From: Oikopleura dioica
Lineage: Eukaryota; Animalia; Chordata
Direction: 5' to 3'
DNA length: 64,000 nucleotides
NCBI GenBank assembly: GCA_907165135.1
Contig: OU015566.1
Location: 6,324,001-6,388,000, forward strand
Position 1 is the stretch's first letter, and each line of letters begins with the position of its first letter. Made by a program: the position numbers and the translations under genes. This document shows, in pieces, positions 11,247-23,943 of this stretch. The notes beneath the pieces are model-generated. The model did no database searches. It had not been told where the DNA came from and saw nothing but the letters and a program-made list of their open reading frames with translations.

Positions 11247-13366
11247 TCATCGTCTGTTTCCGCCTCTGCCGCCTCGTTTTTGAGCTCCTCCTCGACGAGC
11301 TCCGCCTCTTCCGCCGCCTCGGCCAGCGTTAACTTTTCGCCCCGCGCTCTTCAGCAGCTGGCTGAATCGGTCGTCCAAAGATGTTTCCTGAGATCCGGAA
11401 GTTTTCAGCGTGTCTCGGACCACTTGCGCTTTTCCTCGGCCTCGGCTAGGGAAAACATGATAAGATTTTGAAGACAACAAAGAGAAACTGAGCTCAGAAG
11501 TCTGCGCAATGCTAACTGAAAAGCCGCGCAGCGGCTTTTACAAATATAACCGCGAAGCGGCTTCGATTTCTATTCATTTCTGGCGATGAAACAACTTACC
11601 CAGATGGACCTCGATTCTTGATTTTGATCGAAACACCGCCAGTATTTTGCTGTCTTCTATTTCCCTGCTTTTGTCCTTGTTGATTTCCGCGCTTTTGGAC
11701 CTTGTTCTTGTTGGGTTGTCGCTGAATTCGCTGGTTGTTCTGGTTTTGCGCCTTTTTCGGAGCTCCACCGGCTTTCCTAAAAAAAGTAAATAAAGAAAGG
11801 AGAGATAAGAGCTTACTTTTGAGGAGTTTTTCTTGGTGCTGGCTGAACTGCCTTCTTCTGCGCGGGAGTGAGCGTCTTCTCGAGCTTTTTGTTGGCGTCG
11901 TTGACAGCCTTCACCGCCTTTTGAAGAGTCGCCCGAGCTTTGTTCAACCTGTCGATCGCCGCTTTTTGAGTGATGGTCTTCTGCGGGGCCTTTTTCTGGA
12001 CCTTCTTCGCTCCTCCAGCTCCAGCTTGGGTCTTTTTCTGCGCCTGCTTCTTCGATTTTTGTTAGTTGAATGTCGGATTTGATCCTTTACCTTCTGGGTC
12101 TGTTTTTGGCCTTGTTTCTGAGCCCCTTGGTTCTTTGGTTTTTGCCCGGCTTGGTTCCTCTTGGCGGCGCCCTGGTTCGCCTTGGCGTTAGCCTTGTTGC
12201 CCGCGTTTTTGGCTCCACGCTTGGGTTGCTGCCGGGTTCCGGCAGCTCCGGCCTTTTTAGGGCCGCCTTTTCCCTTGCTTTGGGTCTTGGAAGACTTGAT
12301 AATGTCGTCTATAAAGAGAGATGGTAAATAAAGGACTCTGAAAGGTGGATGATGATGATAATGAATCTGAAGTCGTTGTTGTTGGCGAATTGGTTGAATT
12401 TGAGTTGAAATTGAAATTCAGCTGGGTTCATTTTCGTTTTGGGCAACAGAGAGCAGGAGCAGTCCACAACATTCATTTCAAAAACAATCACTTGATTTGA
12501 ACGATTTTGACGATTTTCGTGACGAGCCAAAAGTTCGCCAAAAAGAACCGACGTCCCAAGTGCTGGTTTATAAAAGATGTGTGTGCCCACATTATTTTTT
12601 TTAATCGCGCATTTTGGGGGCGGCCGATGCCATTTTGGCCGAGTCAGATTCGCCCTGAGGAGAGTGATCAAGTCACTTTTCCTCAGTTTTCCGAGTTTTC
12701 TAGCGCAAGTTTTGCGGCGAGCGCTAGAAGGAAAAACGGGTCAAAAGTGGATTTTTGTCGCGAAATATTTGAGGTTGGAACTTTCGGACTTGCTTCTCGA
12801 AAGAAGCGGTAAACCAGCAAAGGCCGGATTTGCTACTTTACCGGGCTGGAGAGCCGGATAAAGAGCAAGTTTCCGGGTCGAAGAAAAACTTCTGACCCGG
12901 ATCCACTTTGGGGCACAAAAGAGTTGTCAAAAAGTGGTCAGAAATGACCTTGTTTTCTCGCCTCTAGGCAGGTCCAACTCTGCCTCGAGGGAAATGAAAA
13001 GTGACTCGTTTTGAAGAGTCTTAAAATTTGACCGGCTCTACGAAAAAACCGGCAAAAATTTTTGACAACTCGTGACTCAGCAATTCCACTGCTGAATCAT
13101 CTTTCGTTCTACTTTCGACTCGAATAAGCCGAAAGTATTAATGAAATCACGGAAGACACGCCCAAGGGCATGTCAACCTGGACCCGTGGGAAATCTGACT
13201 TTACCCCCATTCCAATTTGGAATTATGCGGATTTTCTAAGTTTAACAAAGTTTTAAACTTTAATTCTAGAGGAGGAAAGAGCCGGAAATTCGCGTGAAAT
13301 CGAGTTTTTCTGTTTGAATTTTTCTGTACCTAAGGCCATATCGATCTTGTCAGTTTGTCCAGCCAT
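11247..13366 (-). CDS. FYTTD1: UAP56-interacting mRNA export adaptor UIF-like (multi-exon, K/Q/G-rich)
   Basis: Spliced N-terminus MAGQTDKIDMAL|DDIIK (exon 13330-13366 joined to 12308) is a UAP56-binding motif like the DKIDMSLDDIIK of FYTTD1. C-terminal TSLDDRFSQL resembles the MTLNERF motif, followed by an RGG tail. No RRM, which argues against ALYREF. Confidence 0.75.
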
Positions 13367-13622
13367 CGTTAAGTTTTTTTGCTTTTCTTCTTAGTTTTTC
13401 TCAAAAAAGATTGATTTTTTTCTTTCAAATCGGCGTTTTTGAAAAATTGAGTTAGATTCTCGAAAACGGGAGCTTTTATCGCGCGCGACGTAGCGGGTGC
13501 CAGACGCGAGCAGCTGATTGGTCACTTGCCGAGTGGGCGCGAATTATTACTGAAGAGCGAGACAATACCGAAATTATTTCTTTTCTTCGGGAAAAGACGG
13601 GAATGGTCATTTTGAATTGCGA

Positions 13623-15111
13623 ATGATTGAAATTATTCAACTGGAACATACGAGGATAGAAGAATTGATTGGAAAGGCTCGAAAATTACCTAGGTTTTTC
13701 TAGAGCTAACGTGCTTCTAGAAAATCCCTATGAATAACTATATTTTCACTAAGAATATTTAATCTTCAGAACTTATGGCGGCTTTAAAATTATTTATCGA
13801 TTAGTCAGCTTTTTAGAGCAATTTTCATTATTATGATGTGCCATAAAATTATGATTTCTTAAGCTCAGTGCAACTGTGTTTGTGATTTTATAATTTTATG
13901 GTGCATCATTATTCTGAAAATCGCTATAAAAAAGCTGACTAAGCGATAAATCATTTTATAGCTGCCATAAATTCTGCAAATTATTAAAAAACAATATTCT
14001 CAATTCAAAGAACATAAAATCTGTATTGAGAATATTCAAACACAGAAAAACATATATATTGGAGCCCTTCTGCAGATTTTATCGTTGAAAATTTGGAGCT
14101 AGAATTCTCCGCTTATGAAAAACTCGAGCGTCTGATTCTGCACGAGCTACTCGGCTCCATCAACAGTCAGGGCGTGACTACAGTAGCTGTCAACGGCGAT
14201 GAGGATATTATTGGCCTCTGCTTGGCCCAGCGGTCGACGGCCGCGCTCCCCAGGGAGAGTTGGAACCACTATCTCAAAAGAATTTCGTCATCCGGGTACC
14301 GAGCCGCCTTTTCAAGGCCATTGCGTAATCATTTATTCTAGTTCGATTTGGGAGGGATCGCTGGAACTGATGAAATCTTTGAATAGCTCGCTCCAAAGTC
14401 TCCCCGAAATTGAGTGGCGAAAGAATCTCGCTTCTTCGACTTCCTGGGCGATGAGTTTCATCACCAACCACAGTCAGCTGATCAACCAGTTGGTCGAATA
14501 TCAAAGCAAAGTTGAGAAGCTCTTTTCTTCCGTCAGCTGCTCGATTCAAGCGAAAAATCAACAAGGAAACCAGCATGAAATTCTTGCAGTTCCATTTGTT
14601 CTTGTTTCCAAAGAATACAGGTGCGACTTTTAACAGTCAAAAAATGTGTAGAGGGGGCTACAGGTAGCGACATTTTTAGCGACAAAATCTGTCATCAATC
14701 AACCATCAGATTTAGACAAAAAACGGCTTTTCTTGTTGCCAAAAGACAAGCAACAAAATTTTACTGACTTGTGCGACAAAAAATATGTCGCATTTTTGTC
14801 GCTTTCTGGCGTCTCCGTCGAAATAACAGATTTCCATCCAAAAGCTTGACAAAATCTGTTTCAGAAAACAGGGGCTGATAACGATGATGCTCTCCGATCT
14901 GCACGATTTCTGCCGATTAGAGCGACTCCCCGAACTGCATCTTATCTACCCGACCGGCTTCGGATCGCTCTCCAAATCTCCTTCTTTTCATCAAGCTCAG
15001 CTTTCCCACTCAAGTTCTGAAAGCTCTTCTTCTTCAACTTCATTTCCTTCAAAAAACTCAAGTTCCAATTTTTCCCTGAATTTAAATTTGTTCACTTCAA
15101 GAATCGAATAA
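13623..15111 (+). CDS. GNAT-family N-acetyltransferase (arylalkylamine NAT-like; 4 exons)
   Basis: Model MIEIIQLEHTRIEELID|FIVENLELEF...TTVAVNGDEDIIGLCL...ILAVPFVLVSKEYR|KQGLITMML. VSKEYRKQG resembles GNAT acetyl-CoA motif A. The first intron needs a GA donor. Confidence 0.5.
13767..13976. mobile_element. AT-rich fold-back (hairpin) element in GNAT intron 1
   Basis: Imperfect inverted arms of about 80 bp: TTATGGCGGCT...TTAGTCAGCTTTTT...CCATAAAATTA versus TAATTTTATGG...AAAAAGCTGACTAA...AGCTGCCATAA. Confidence 0.7.
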
Positions 15112-15470
15112 ATCAAAAAAGATATGTCATGAAAGCTGCGGTTTTCCATTTTTCTTCGGCTCAATTATGGGATTTCGATCGTAGTAAAAAAGGGCTGAAA
15201 GATGGGTCCAATCAGCGAAAAGCGCTCTTTGAGATAGGCAGACACTGCATCGGTCAATAGACTTGATTATTCGAACAAAAAAAAAAACGAGGAAAAGAGA
15301 AAATCCCCGCGTTTTTTCTTCTTTCATGCGTTCTGATTTTTGCGATTTATTCTGCCTTATATTGAAAATTGTATCTGTCGCCTTAGAATTAATTTCTGAC
15401 TTCTTTGAGAATATTTGAATGATCACGTGATTGATCGTTTTTAAAAGGAAAAATATTTGCTAGATTCACG

Positions 15471-15603
15471 AAGCGACTAAAATTGCGACAAAATTTGCGT
15501 GGGCGGCTTTTTTGGGGAAAATGTCTCGAATTATTAGAAAACTGCGACAATTCTGGGCAAAATTTGTGCCGCCAACGCATATTTTGTCGCTTTTTTGTCG
15601 CTT
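15471..15603. mobile_element. MITE family C copy (GCGACAAAATTTGCGTGGGCGGC type)
   Basis: Inverted ends AAGCGACTAAAATTGCGACAAAATTTGCGTGGGCGGC and GCCGCCAACGCATATTTTGTCGCTTTTTTGTCGCTT; core shared with copies at 58210 and 63874. Confidence 0.65.
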
Positions 15604-15710
15604 CATCGTTGTTTTTAAAATAATCGAAGATGTTCAATTTTTAACAGAAAACTCCTAGAATGCGCGAAACGATAAGTTGAAAAATAATTCTGTGCCTTTT
15701 TTCTTCGTGA

Positions 15711-18700
15711 ATGTTTTTGGCCGACTACTTCGCCATAATCCGTAGCGATGCGGAATCGCAGTCTGGTTGTCGCATCTCCTGTCGAATCCCCGCCGAAGAT
15801 CATGAGCACTTGGCCTTTCCTGGCGGCTCGGAAAGCTTCGCTATTCCAAATGGCTGGGCAAACACCAAAACCCACCAGTCGCCGATGTTTCACATGCTGA
15901 CGAATACGAAAGTGGATGGAACGGTTTATTACTCCGTCTTTTTACCTTTTATACGGTCGTCAAGGAAAGAGTTTAGAATTAAATTCAAATTTTGAATCGT
16001 CAAATTCTCGAAGGAAGATTCTTTTACTAAAGAATATTTTTCATTTGAACTCAAAAAGGAGGTTGAAGAAGAGTACGAGCCGACCTGTTTGATGCTAGTC
16101 TCGAGCCACTCGTATTTCCAACCGCTGAAGAATGCATTATTCATGCTCTTCGACCAGCACGTCCGCCGCTCCGAAGATCTGGAAAAGCTCCTGGCACACA
16201 TTCTCGCACAGCAAGTCCCAACGCCCGGTTGGAAAACGCCTGTCCGCTTCAATCTCGGCGACAGAATGACCCAGCACGCGGTTCAAGCGCCTCAATCCCC
16301 GACGATTCCGGCAACGGGCGATTCTATTGCAAAATTGTTGAATTACCTTGGCCCTAGAAACTTGATCACTCTAGTCGTGTTGCTTTTGACGGATTACAAA
16401 ATCGCTCTTTTCGGAAAATCTTTCTCCGCTCTTGCCGAAGCCTCCCGAGCTCTCGTCGCGCTGATCTACCCCTTCACCTACACAGGCACTTTGATTCCCG
16501 TGCTGCCCAAGAACTTGGCCGACTACCTCATGTCTCCCGTTCCATTCCTCGTAGGCGTCCACACCGATATCTGGGAATCCCGCCGTTCGGACTGCCCCGA
16601 CGTCGTTGGCTGCGATATTGACGGTGGAAAGCTCGTTATTCCGGACAATTTCGTCGTTCCCAAGCTTCCGCATTCGGTCGACAAGGAGCTTGTTCATAGA
16701 TTGACGCTTGTTGCTAAGGAAAGGATGCGAATCATCAGTGTTCTTGTTTAAAGCAAGTGGGGCTCGCGAACCTGTGCAGAAAACCTGACGCAGGGTCCAA
16801 AAATCTTTAATGAAAAGCCGCGGAGCGGCTTTTTTACAACGAAGCCGCGAAGCAGTTTTGCAAGGGTTAGAAAATTGATAGTAAGATAATTTTGCGAAGC
16901 CGCTTGTGCTTTCTCAGACCCTGACTCAGGTTTTCAACACAGTTTACCGAGCTCAGACACAAATATAAAATGAATCCTTGAAAAAGCCTGCTCTTGTCTC
17001 CGCCGATCTGGCTTTTCCGCCCAAAAGCTCGCCCAAAGCCCGGGCCCCGTTCTCGACAAAGAAGTTCGCGCAATTTTCCTGATGACCCTCGTCCGCATTC
17101 TCTCCAACTACCGTTCCTCGCTCCAGTTCAGCCGCATCCACCCAGAAGTCCAAACAAAGCTCAACCGTCAAGAATTTCTACAAAGCGCAGATCCCCAAGA
17201 TTTCAAAGTGAAACTCTCCGCCGCGCAGAGTTTTCAAGTTTTCGTCCAAGAAAGAGGACCCTCTTTCCGCCCACTGGATTTATTCGACAATTTGATGGAA
17301 GATTTCGATGAAAAGAACCCGCCAGAATTTGATACGCAAAGTATAACGCTGTCCAGGGAGGTGATTAAAGTAAGGAACGAGTTCATGGTCAATGAAATGC
17401 CGAAATGGAACGATCGGGAAGGGATCTTTATTTCATTGTAGTAGTTTGGTTTAATTTTTCATTTTGAGGGAACAAAGTTCTTTTCTTGTCGATTTGGTCA
17501 TTTTCAGGCGGCGAAGAAAAAAGGCGCCGCGTAAGTTAAAAATCGATTTTTCTGATTCTGTAGATCCCAAATAAGCCTCGACTTATCTGAGTGCATGCCT
17601 GCGGAATTAATGAATTTCAGGAGCGTGGTTCGCAAAAAAATACAAGTAGGACAAAACAGAGTGCAGTAAAAAGAAAAGCTACGGTGTCTATTAAATCGCA
17701 TTAGTGCAGCTTTTGGCGAACCTAAGTGTTTAGTAATGGACTTGAAACTTTTGAAGCGGAGTCGATTCCTGACCTGTCGGATTTGTCCGTCATGGGCCAA
17801 AGAGAAAGACTGCTCGATGGCAAGAATCAGAACAGATTTCAGTTTTGGCTTAAAGCTCGATCAAAATTCAAGGAAAAGAAATGGAATTCAGGGTCTGTGT
17901 TAACAACCTGACTTAGGGTCAAGAAAGGGCCGAAAAGCAGCTTCGATAGAATGAATAAGGTAGATATGGATGATTATTCTAGTCTTTCTGTATTAAAGCT
18001 CTCTCTGGACCTTGATTTAGGTTTCTACACAGGTTTTCGAGGACAGGGACATGATTTCTCGTAAATTTTATTGCTTCTGCAGAAAACCTGAGTCGGGTTT
18101 AGAAATCTAATACCAAGTAGCGGGTTTAAATTTTTGCTCTGAGCCTGACTCAGGTTTTACTCACAGATTGCGGAGCACAGTCCATATTCTACCACTGCTG
18201 AACTGGCATTCTTTCTTGTTTTCACCAAAATCCAAAACTGTTAACAGGCTGAGCCACAAACGAGCGTCAGAATCGTCCACGAAATCCAGCCAGTTTCAGT
18301 TGTCGAGCTGGATACAGAAAGTCAACGTCACCAAAACGTGCTCGACGAGTTCCTACGTCATGTGGAGGCAAATTGCATCACCGAAATGCGAAAGAAAATC
18401 CCTGGTGCTTGTCGAGCCCTGCAAAAGTCGTTTATTCGAGCGCGACTGTTGGAAACGCTCAAGAATTGGAGCGAAGGAGTGATGAGCCAAGACTCCGATC
18501 CGAAGGGTTTGAGCGATGCGCAGTTTTATTATATTCAGTTGCTGCTCGATTTGACACTCAAGAACTCGGAAAAGAACAAGGACCAGTATCACGTCGCCAG
18601 CTCGGTGATCGCCATTTCCGCGGAGCTGGGAAGAAAGGTCGAGACGGAGCAAGGGGCGATAAGACAGCAAGTGATGTCCAAGGAATAGGTCAAATGGAAA

Positions 18701-21700
18701 CTCGAAGCAAGAAATATCTCCTTTGAACACATGTTTGCAAAAAATTGTCAATTTTACATAAAATGAATGGGAAAACGGTACCGAATTTCTTGGACAGACC
18801 ATAGAGACAGAGCTCGGGTTATCAGGAGACTGGGATCGTTTTAATTGTCGGTGATAAGGGGTACTTCGTACCCCGAAGTAGATTATCTCTTGGTCCTTCG
18901 AGAAAGACATGTCTGGGCTCATAAGGTGGTGCATGTGTTGAAATCACGGATGTTTCATACATGACTTGGTAGGTCAAAGAATAATCATCGCCCAGTATGA
19001 TGGTGGTTATCATAATACGATATTGTTTAGTTTAAAAACTCTTTATGGTTTCATTTTAAGACCTTCTTTCAAGCTCCAAGATCATTCAATCTGGTGCAGC
19101 TTCGATTTCTGGATCGAGTACTTTCACATAGGCCCGGATTTCACTCGTTTTAGCAGCTAGCTAAGCTTCTATATAATCTGCGAGCGACAAGACAAGAGCA
19201 CGTCGGCATCCATCAAAAAAGAACTGCAATGCTTTTTGACAGAGCATTATCGAAAGTCACTGGCCGACGATCCATCGATCCGAACGTCTAACTCTGTCAT
19301 CATGAGGGTCGTCGCCGATCAACTTGCCGAATGGCAGGAAATTGAACAAATTTTGATAAAAAATTTCGCTGAGTGAAAATCTTTTATTTCAAATCTTTTC
19401 TTTTTCTCCCAATTTTTTCAATAACGAGAAAAGGCAAAGACGGACGAGAGAAAGAAAGAAATCGCCCATGAAGAAGAGGGAATCGTCTACAATCAGTTGC
19501 TGAAGCTTGTTACCTACATGATCCCCCTTTTGGTTCCTTTTACTCCGAGTAAAATGGCCGCATTGAGGAGAAACATGAGAAACAACCAGCAGGGAGCGGA
19601 TGGAAACAGCAGCTTGTACACCTCGAGCAATGCTGATCCTGACGATGAGGAGGATGACTCTGAAGATGAGGGCTTTGCAGATCAACCGAATAAGATTATT
19701 AACAGGTTTCGTTCTCCCCCTTCCCGACCAGATCTTTATTTTTGTCCCCACTCGCCAATTTAAATTTCTTCAGATTCATCGAAAAAGTCTCCGACAACCT
19801 TTGCATCGCCTGCAACATCATGAACTCGCGCGCTTCGACGCTTGTCCAACATGTCAGCTTCGAAATCCAGCGCGTTGCCGAGGACTACGATCAACTATCC
19901 GGCGCAACTGCGCGAATCCAAAAGTTCAAGCGCCCAGCTGATCTGTCGCCAAAATATTTGGAAAACGAGAAAGTCGAGGCTTCGATTTCAGTTCACTTGT
20001 GGGATGATCGACGAGAATTTGGCATTTTTGGGAGTTACGGGAGCTCGAGCAAGGATGGACTGAGACACTCAGATGGGGAGGTCTTTTTGCCTGCTGAGGG
20101 GACGCTGTACTTGACCAACTACCGCATCCTCTTCTATGGCTATTCCAGGGAGTTGGAACATCTCCTGGTCATCCGATCCGCCCCGATTACTTCGATCATC
20201 AAAGTGAAACAAACAACCACTCCTTCTGCTCCCCGGCCTCTTTCGAACCATCGTTTGGAAATCAGAACCGCCACCATGGAATTCTTCAACGTTGTCTTTA
20301 CTTATGAAGTTACAGAAGACACGAGGAGGAAGTTTTACGATACTTTGATGCAGCTCCGATTTCCGGAAGACAATTCGCCTCTGAGCGTCTTTGCTTTTGC
20401 CAAAAATCCAAAGGGACGGGGTCGAAGCTGAAGTTTAAAAATGAACTTGGAAGCTTTTTGTAATAAGTTTAAAAACAGTGAGACCCAAGGGAAGGCGATC
20501 AACAAGACAATCCAATTTAAAACGAAGACAGGCCTGAAGGATATCATGCACAGGCGTAAAAACATCGGAAAAGTCGGCGAATTGCCCACCATCTCGGAAA
20601 ATATCACTTCGACGCTGAAAAACAAGGGGACGCTGGAAAAATTCAACGTAAGAAAATGAAAAAAATAAGAACTATTTGTCTTATTCAACGATCTATAGGA
20701 GCGCTCCTCAAGAAATGGCGATTTCGACCGTTTAGGACTTACGAGCGGCTCGTTCCGGCTGCTGAACACTTCGAAATTGAACGCGCCTTTTTCGCTTTGC
20801 AAGACTTACCCAGGAATCACAGTTCAACTCGCATCGATCACAGATACGACCGTCCAGGGAGCTGCAAAGGCTTTTAAGAGGTCTCGTTACCCAGCTATTG
20901 TCTGGCGGCATTCCCGAAATGGCTGCATTTTGGCAAGAAGTGAAGCTATTTCTGGCTCTGTTATCCATAGATTGCTCAGGCGACGAAGATTTGATGAGAT
21001 TGACGAGGTTGGGCTGGCGAATCCGACAAAAGACTTGGAGAGCTGGATCAAAGCTGTTGTTTCATTAGGGCTAGGGTTGGCATATGCTTGGGGGAAGGTG
21101 TAGGTGAGGGTTAGGGTAGCCAGCAATGTTTCCACCCTAAAAATAGGCAACGTAAATCTGCGAAACAAGGAGAACCTTCAGCAAGTCTCCATGCTCCAGC
21201 GATCGAGCATCTACGCTTCCGCCAATTCTGTTTCCTCCTCTTCCACTCTTGCCTCGACCGGACTGATGGGCGGCTTCCGCGATTCAATCCGAATCCCCAC
21301 TCTTCAGCGATCCAGAGCCGGCTCTACTCTTCCAAGTCCGAAGAAAAATTCCTCTTCTTTTTCAAAACTGGTGATCTTTGTGGACAAAAACACGCGAAAA
21401 CTCAAGCCAGAAGTCGACCACCAAGTCGAGTTCCTTTCAATCGACACTCCAAGCACTGACGCGATCAGAGACGCCTTCAAAGATCTTTGCAAAAACGCTC
21501 CGTCAAGCAACGGGAAGAATCACTTTTCTTTTGGCGAAAACAGTCGCTGGTACTCGTATGTGCTTTCGGCGCTGAGTTGTGCTTCCGCGGCCGCAGATTT
21601 GATGCATCAAGACAGTATTTCTGTTTATTTTGCGCTTGAAGGAAAATTGGTTAAAATTTTAAAGTAACTATTCTCCTAACTTCTCCTAAATCTGACATAG

Positions 21701-23578
21701 GTTGCCGAGATAATAGTGGTCGGAAGCTTTGAAGAACGCGTAATAATATAAATTACATTTCAGGACACACTTGTCGGTGTTTAAATTGACCTAGCCCCAA
21801 GGGTTTTAGCAAATAACATTTATAACAAAAGAGGGAGTAACATTGACGCTCCCATTATGAAAAAGTGAAAGAAGGATAGAGAATGATTTATATTGAGTTT
21901 AGCTTGTTTTAACCAGTGAAAGGCGGATGGGACTTTACTTGTGTTCTCACAGGTCGGGTTGGAGGAAGAGACTTTCTCTGCGAAAAAATGAGATTTTTTC
22001 GGAAAAAATTTAAAGCAGAAGAGATAAAAGCAATATCAACAAAGAAAACTATTTCCAACCCTGTAAAAAGCGATTATCCAGTTGATTCTGGACCCTTTCT
22101 ACAGAACTATCGACGGATTTCGAACTTTGGTGCAGCGCGAATTCATTTCCTTCGGGCATCGATTCTCAACGAATGGAATCCAACGCGATTATCCCTCGCC
22201 CTCTCCATTTTTCATCCTTTTCCTCGATTGTGTCTTCCAGCTCATCAATCAGAACTTATGCTCATTCGAATTCACTGAAGCGTTTTTGCATCTGACAGGC
22301 CTCGATTTTTAAAATGCGAAAAAACAAAAGATAGTTGCTTATTTTTTGCTTCCCTTAAAATTAATGAAAAATTCATGTTTCGCGCAAAGAAAAATCCGGA
22401 AACAGCGTATCACACCTTCTCCGGTCGCTTTTCCACCTTTTTGCTTGATTCAGAACACGACCGAATAGAGAGCTTGATCATGTTCGACAGTTCACCGAGA
22501 TCCTGCTTCTGGAATTATGTTCAGGAAGCTCTTCAAAACCCGGTAAGAGATGCGAAATGCCGGTTGATTAAAAATGATTGTTTAGAAATGCCCTCTTATC
22601 AACAAGTTTTACCTGCCAAACGAAGAAGCCAAGCCAGACGTGCTTTCCATGACAGCCGAAATGGAGTTTATCAAGCTCTTTCCTTATTTATCTGGACTAT
22701 CAACCACCTCCCCACATGATATGGACAATCTTCTCGACGAATTGTCGCTTGATGTCGCTGAGGTAACACCCTTTTCTTTAATCCTCAATCTCTGTGGAAA
22801 ACCTGAGTCAGGTCTTCTACACAGGTTGTCGTGGCGAGCGCGTATTTCTTACAAATCTTCTAGGACAAAGATCTGCGTCAGAACTTCTTGTATTCCGGAG
22901 TCGACAATATTCGTACTTTCTTCAATGTCGATCAAAAACGAGTCGATTCCTTCTCTTCCGAATCATTCCCTTCCCATGTCTTATCCGAGTTGAAAGAGAA
23001 AACCGAGGCAAGAATAAACCAGCGCGTCAAAAATGGAAGTCAATTTATCAATCGCTGCAGACGGCTTAAACTAGCAGAGGATGGTGATCATGGAACAGGG
23101 AGTCCAGCGCATCAGCCCGCGAACTCGGGCTATATTGTCTACGAAGGTTATTTGTGGAAGAAAGGAAGGCAGTTTGGCGGATGGAGTGGAGATTACTTCG
23201 CAATTGTCAACAATAGATCCGTAAGTTCGTCTTTTATCAAGAAGAAGAATCAATTTCCTAGCAGTTTTTTTCCTTTTGAATTTTATCGAGCATTCCTTCT
23301 CAGATTGTCCAATATGAAGCCAGAGGCGGAAGAATCACAAAAGAAATCCCCCTTAACCAAATCACCTCCGCTGAACTTGTGCCAATGGTCGATCCGAGAT
23401 CTTTACCTCGCGATACTCGCCCTGACTTCCATTTTCAGGTTTGTCTTCTGTTTCTTCACCATTTTCATCCCCCCTTTTCTAGCTGAGAACAAACTCGAGA
23501 AACTACAACTTTGTGGCTCAGAATGCCGCTGCCGCCAAAAGATGGGTCGATGCTGTTCGCGAAAGCATAGACTGCTAA
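15711..23578 (+). CDS. SBF1/SBF2: SET-binding factor / myotubularin-related pseudophosphatase MTMR5/13 (DENN-GRAM-PTP-PH; many exons)
   Basis: MFLADYF start; DENN segments (LIYPFTYTGTLIPVLP, PVPFLVGV, ADLAFPP, LDKEVRAIFL); GRAM (LPAEGTLYLTNYRILF); RYPAIVWRH; dead catalytic loop ALEGGWDFT lacking the Cys; DPFYRTIDGFRTLVQREFISFGHRF; C-terminal PH (YEGYLWKKG...WVDAVRE). Apparent 1-nt frameshift near 17035. Confidence 0.9.
16760..16954. mobile_element. MITE family A copy with hairpin doublet in an SBF intron
   Basis: GGGCTCGCGAACCTGTGCAGAAAACCTGACGCAGG ... CCTGACTCAGGTTTTCAACACAGTTTACCGAGCTC; GNA hairpins at 16813-16860. Confidence 0.78.
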
Positions 23579-23836
23579 AATTGAATCTGATAACCCCCTT
23601 AACTCTTCACCTCCAAGTGCCATACTCTTACACTTCGGTCTTTCCAATCTATGCCTATATAAGTCTATTTATTTAAAAAGAAAACATGTAATTGTGAACT
23701 TATATTCTACTGTTTTTATTATTAATACTCATAATCGGCATTCCAACTGTATGTTACTGTATCAAGAATCAAGATCTTCTTCTTTTTTAATCCCTTTTAA
23801 CCCAAACTCAGATCCTGTTTACAAAATCTCTGGGGT

Positions 23837-23943
23837 CAGCATCCTGTGTAGAATCCCTGAGCTATATTCTGAAGAGCTTAAAACCCGTGCAGCTTCGAGG
23901 TTTTCAGAACCTGACTCAGGTTTTCTACACAGGCTGCCGAGCC
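23837..23943. mobile_element. MITE family A copy downstream of SBF
   Basis: CAGCATCCTGTGTAGAATCCCTGAG ... CCTGACTCAGGTTTTCTACACAGGCTGCCGAGCC. Confidence 0.65.

Noticed and set aside
11247-12330. Histone H1-like call for the K/A-rich exons
   Set aside because: No winged-helix globular domain; the spliced DKIDMALDDIIK and SLDDRF motifs point to FYTTD1/UIF.
20402-20480. In-frame TGA at 20429-20431 between two same-frame SBF ORFs (possible selenocysteine or readthrough)
   Set aside because: A short intron with a GG donor and the AG at 20468 or 20479 removes it. The position is a non-conserved linker and no SECIS was recognised.
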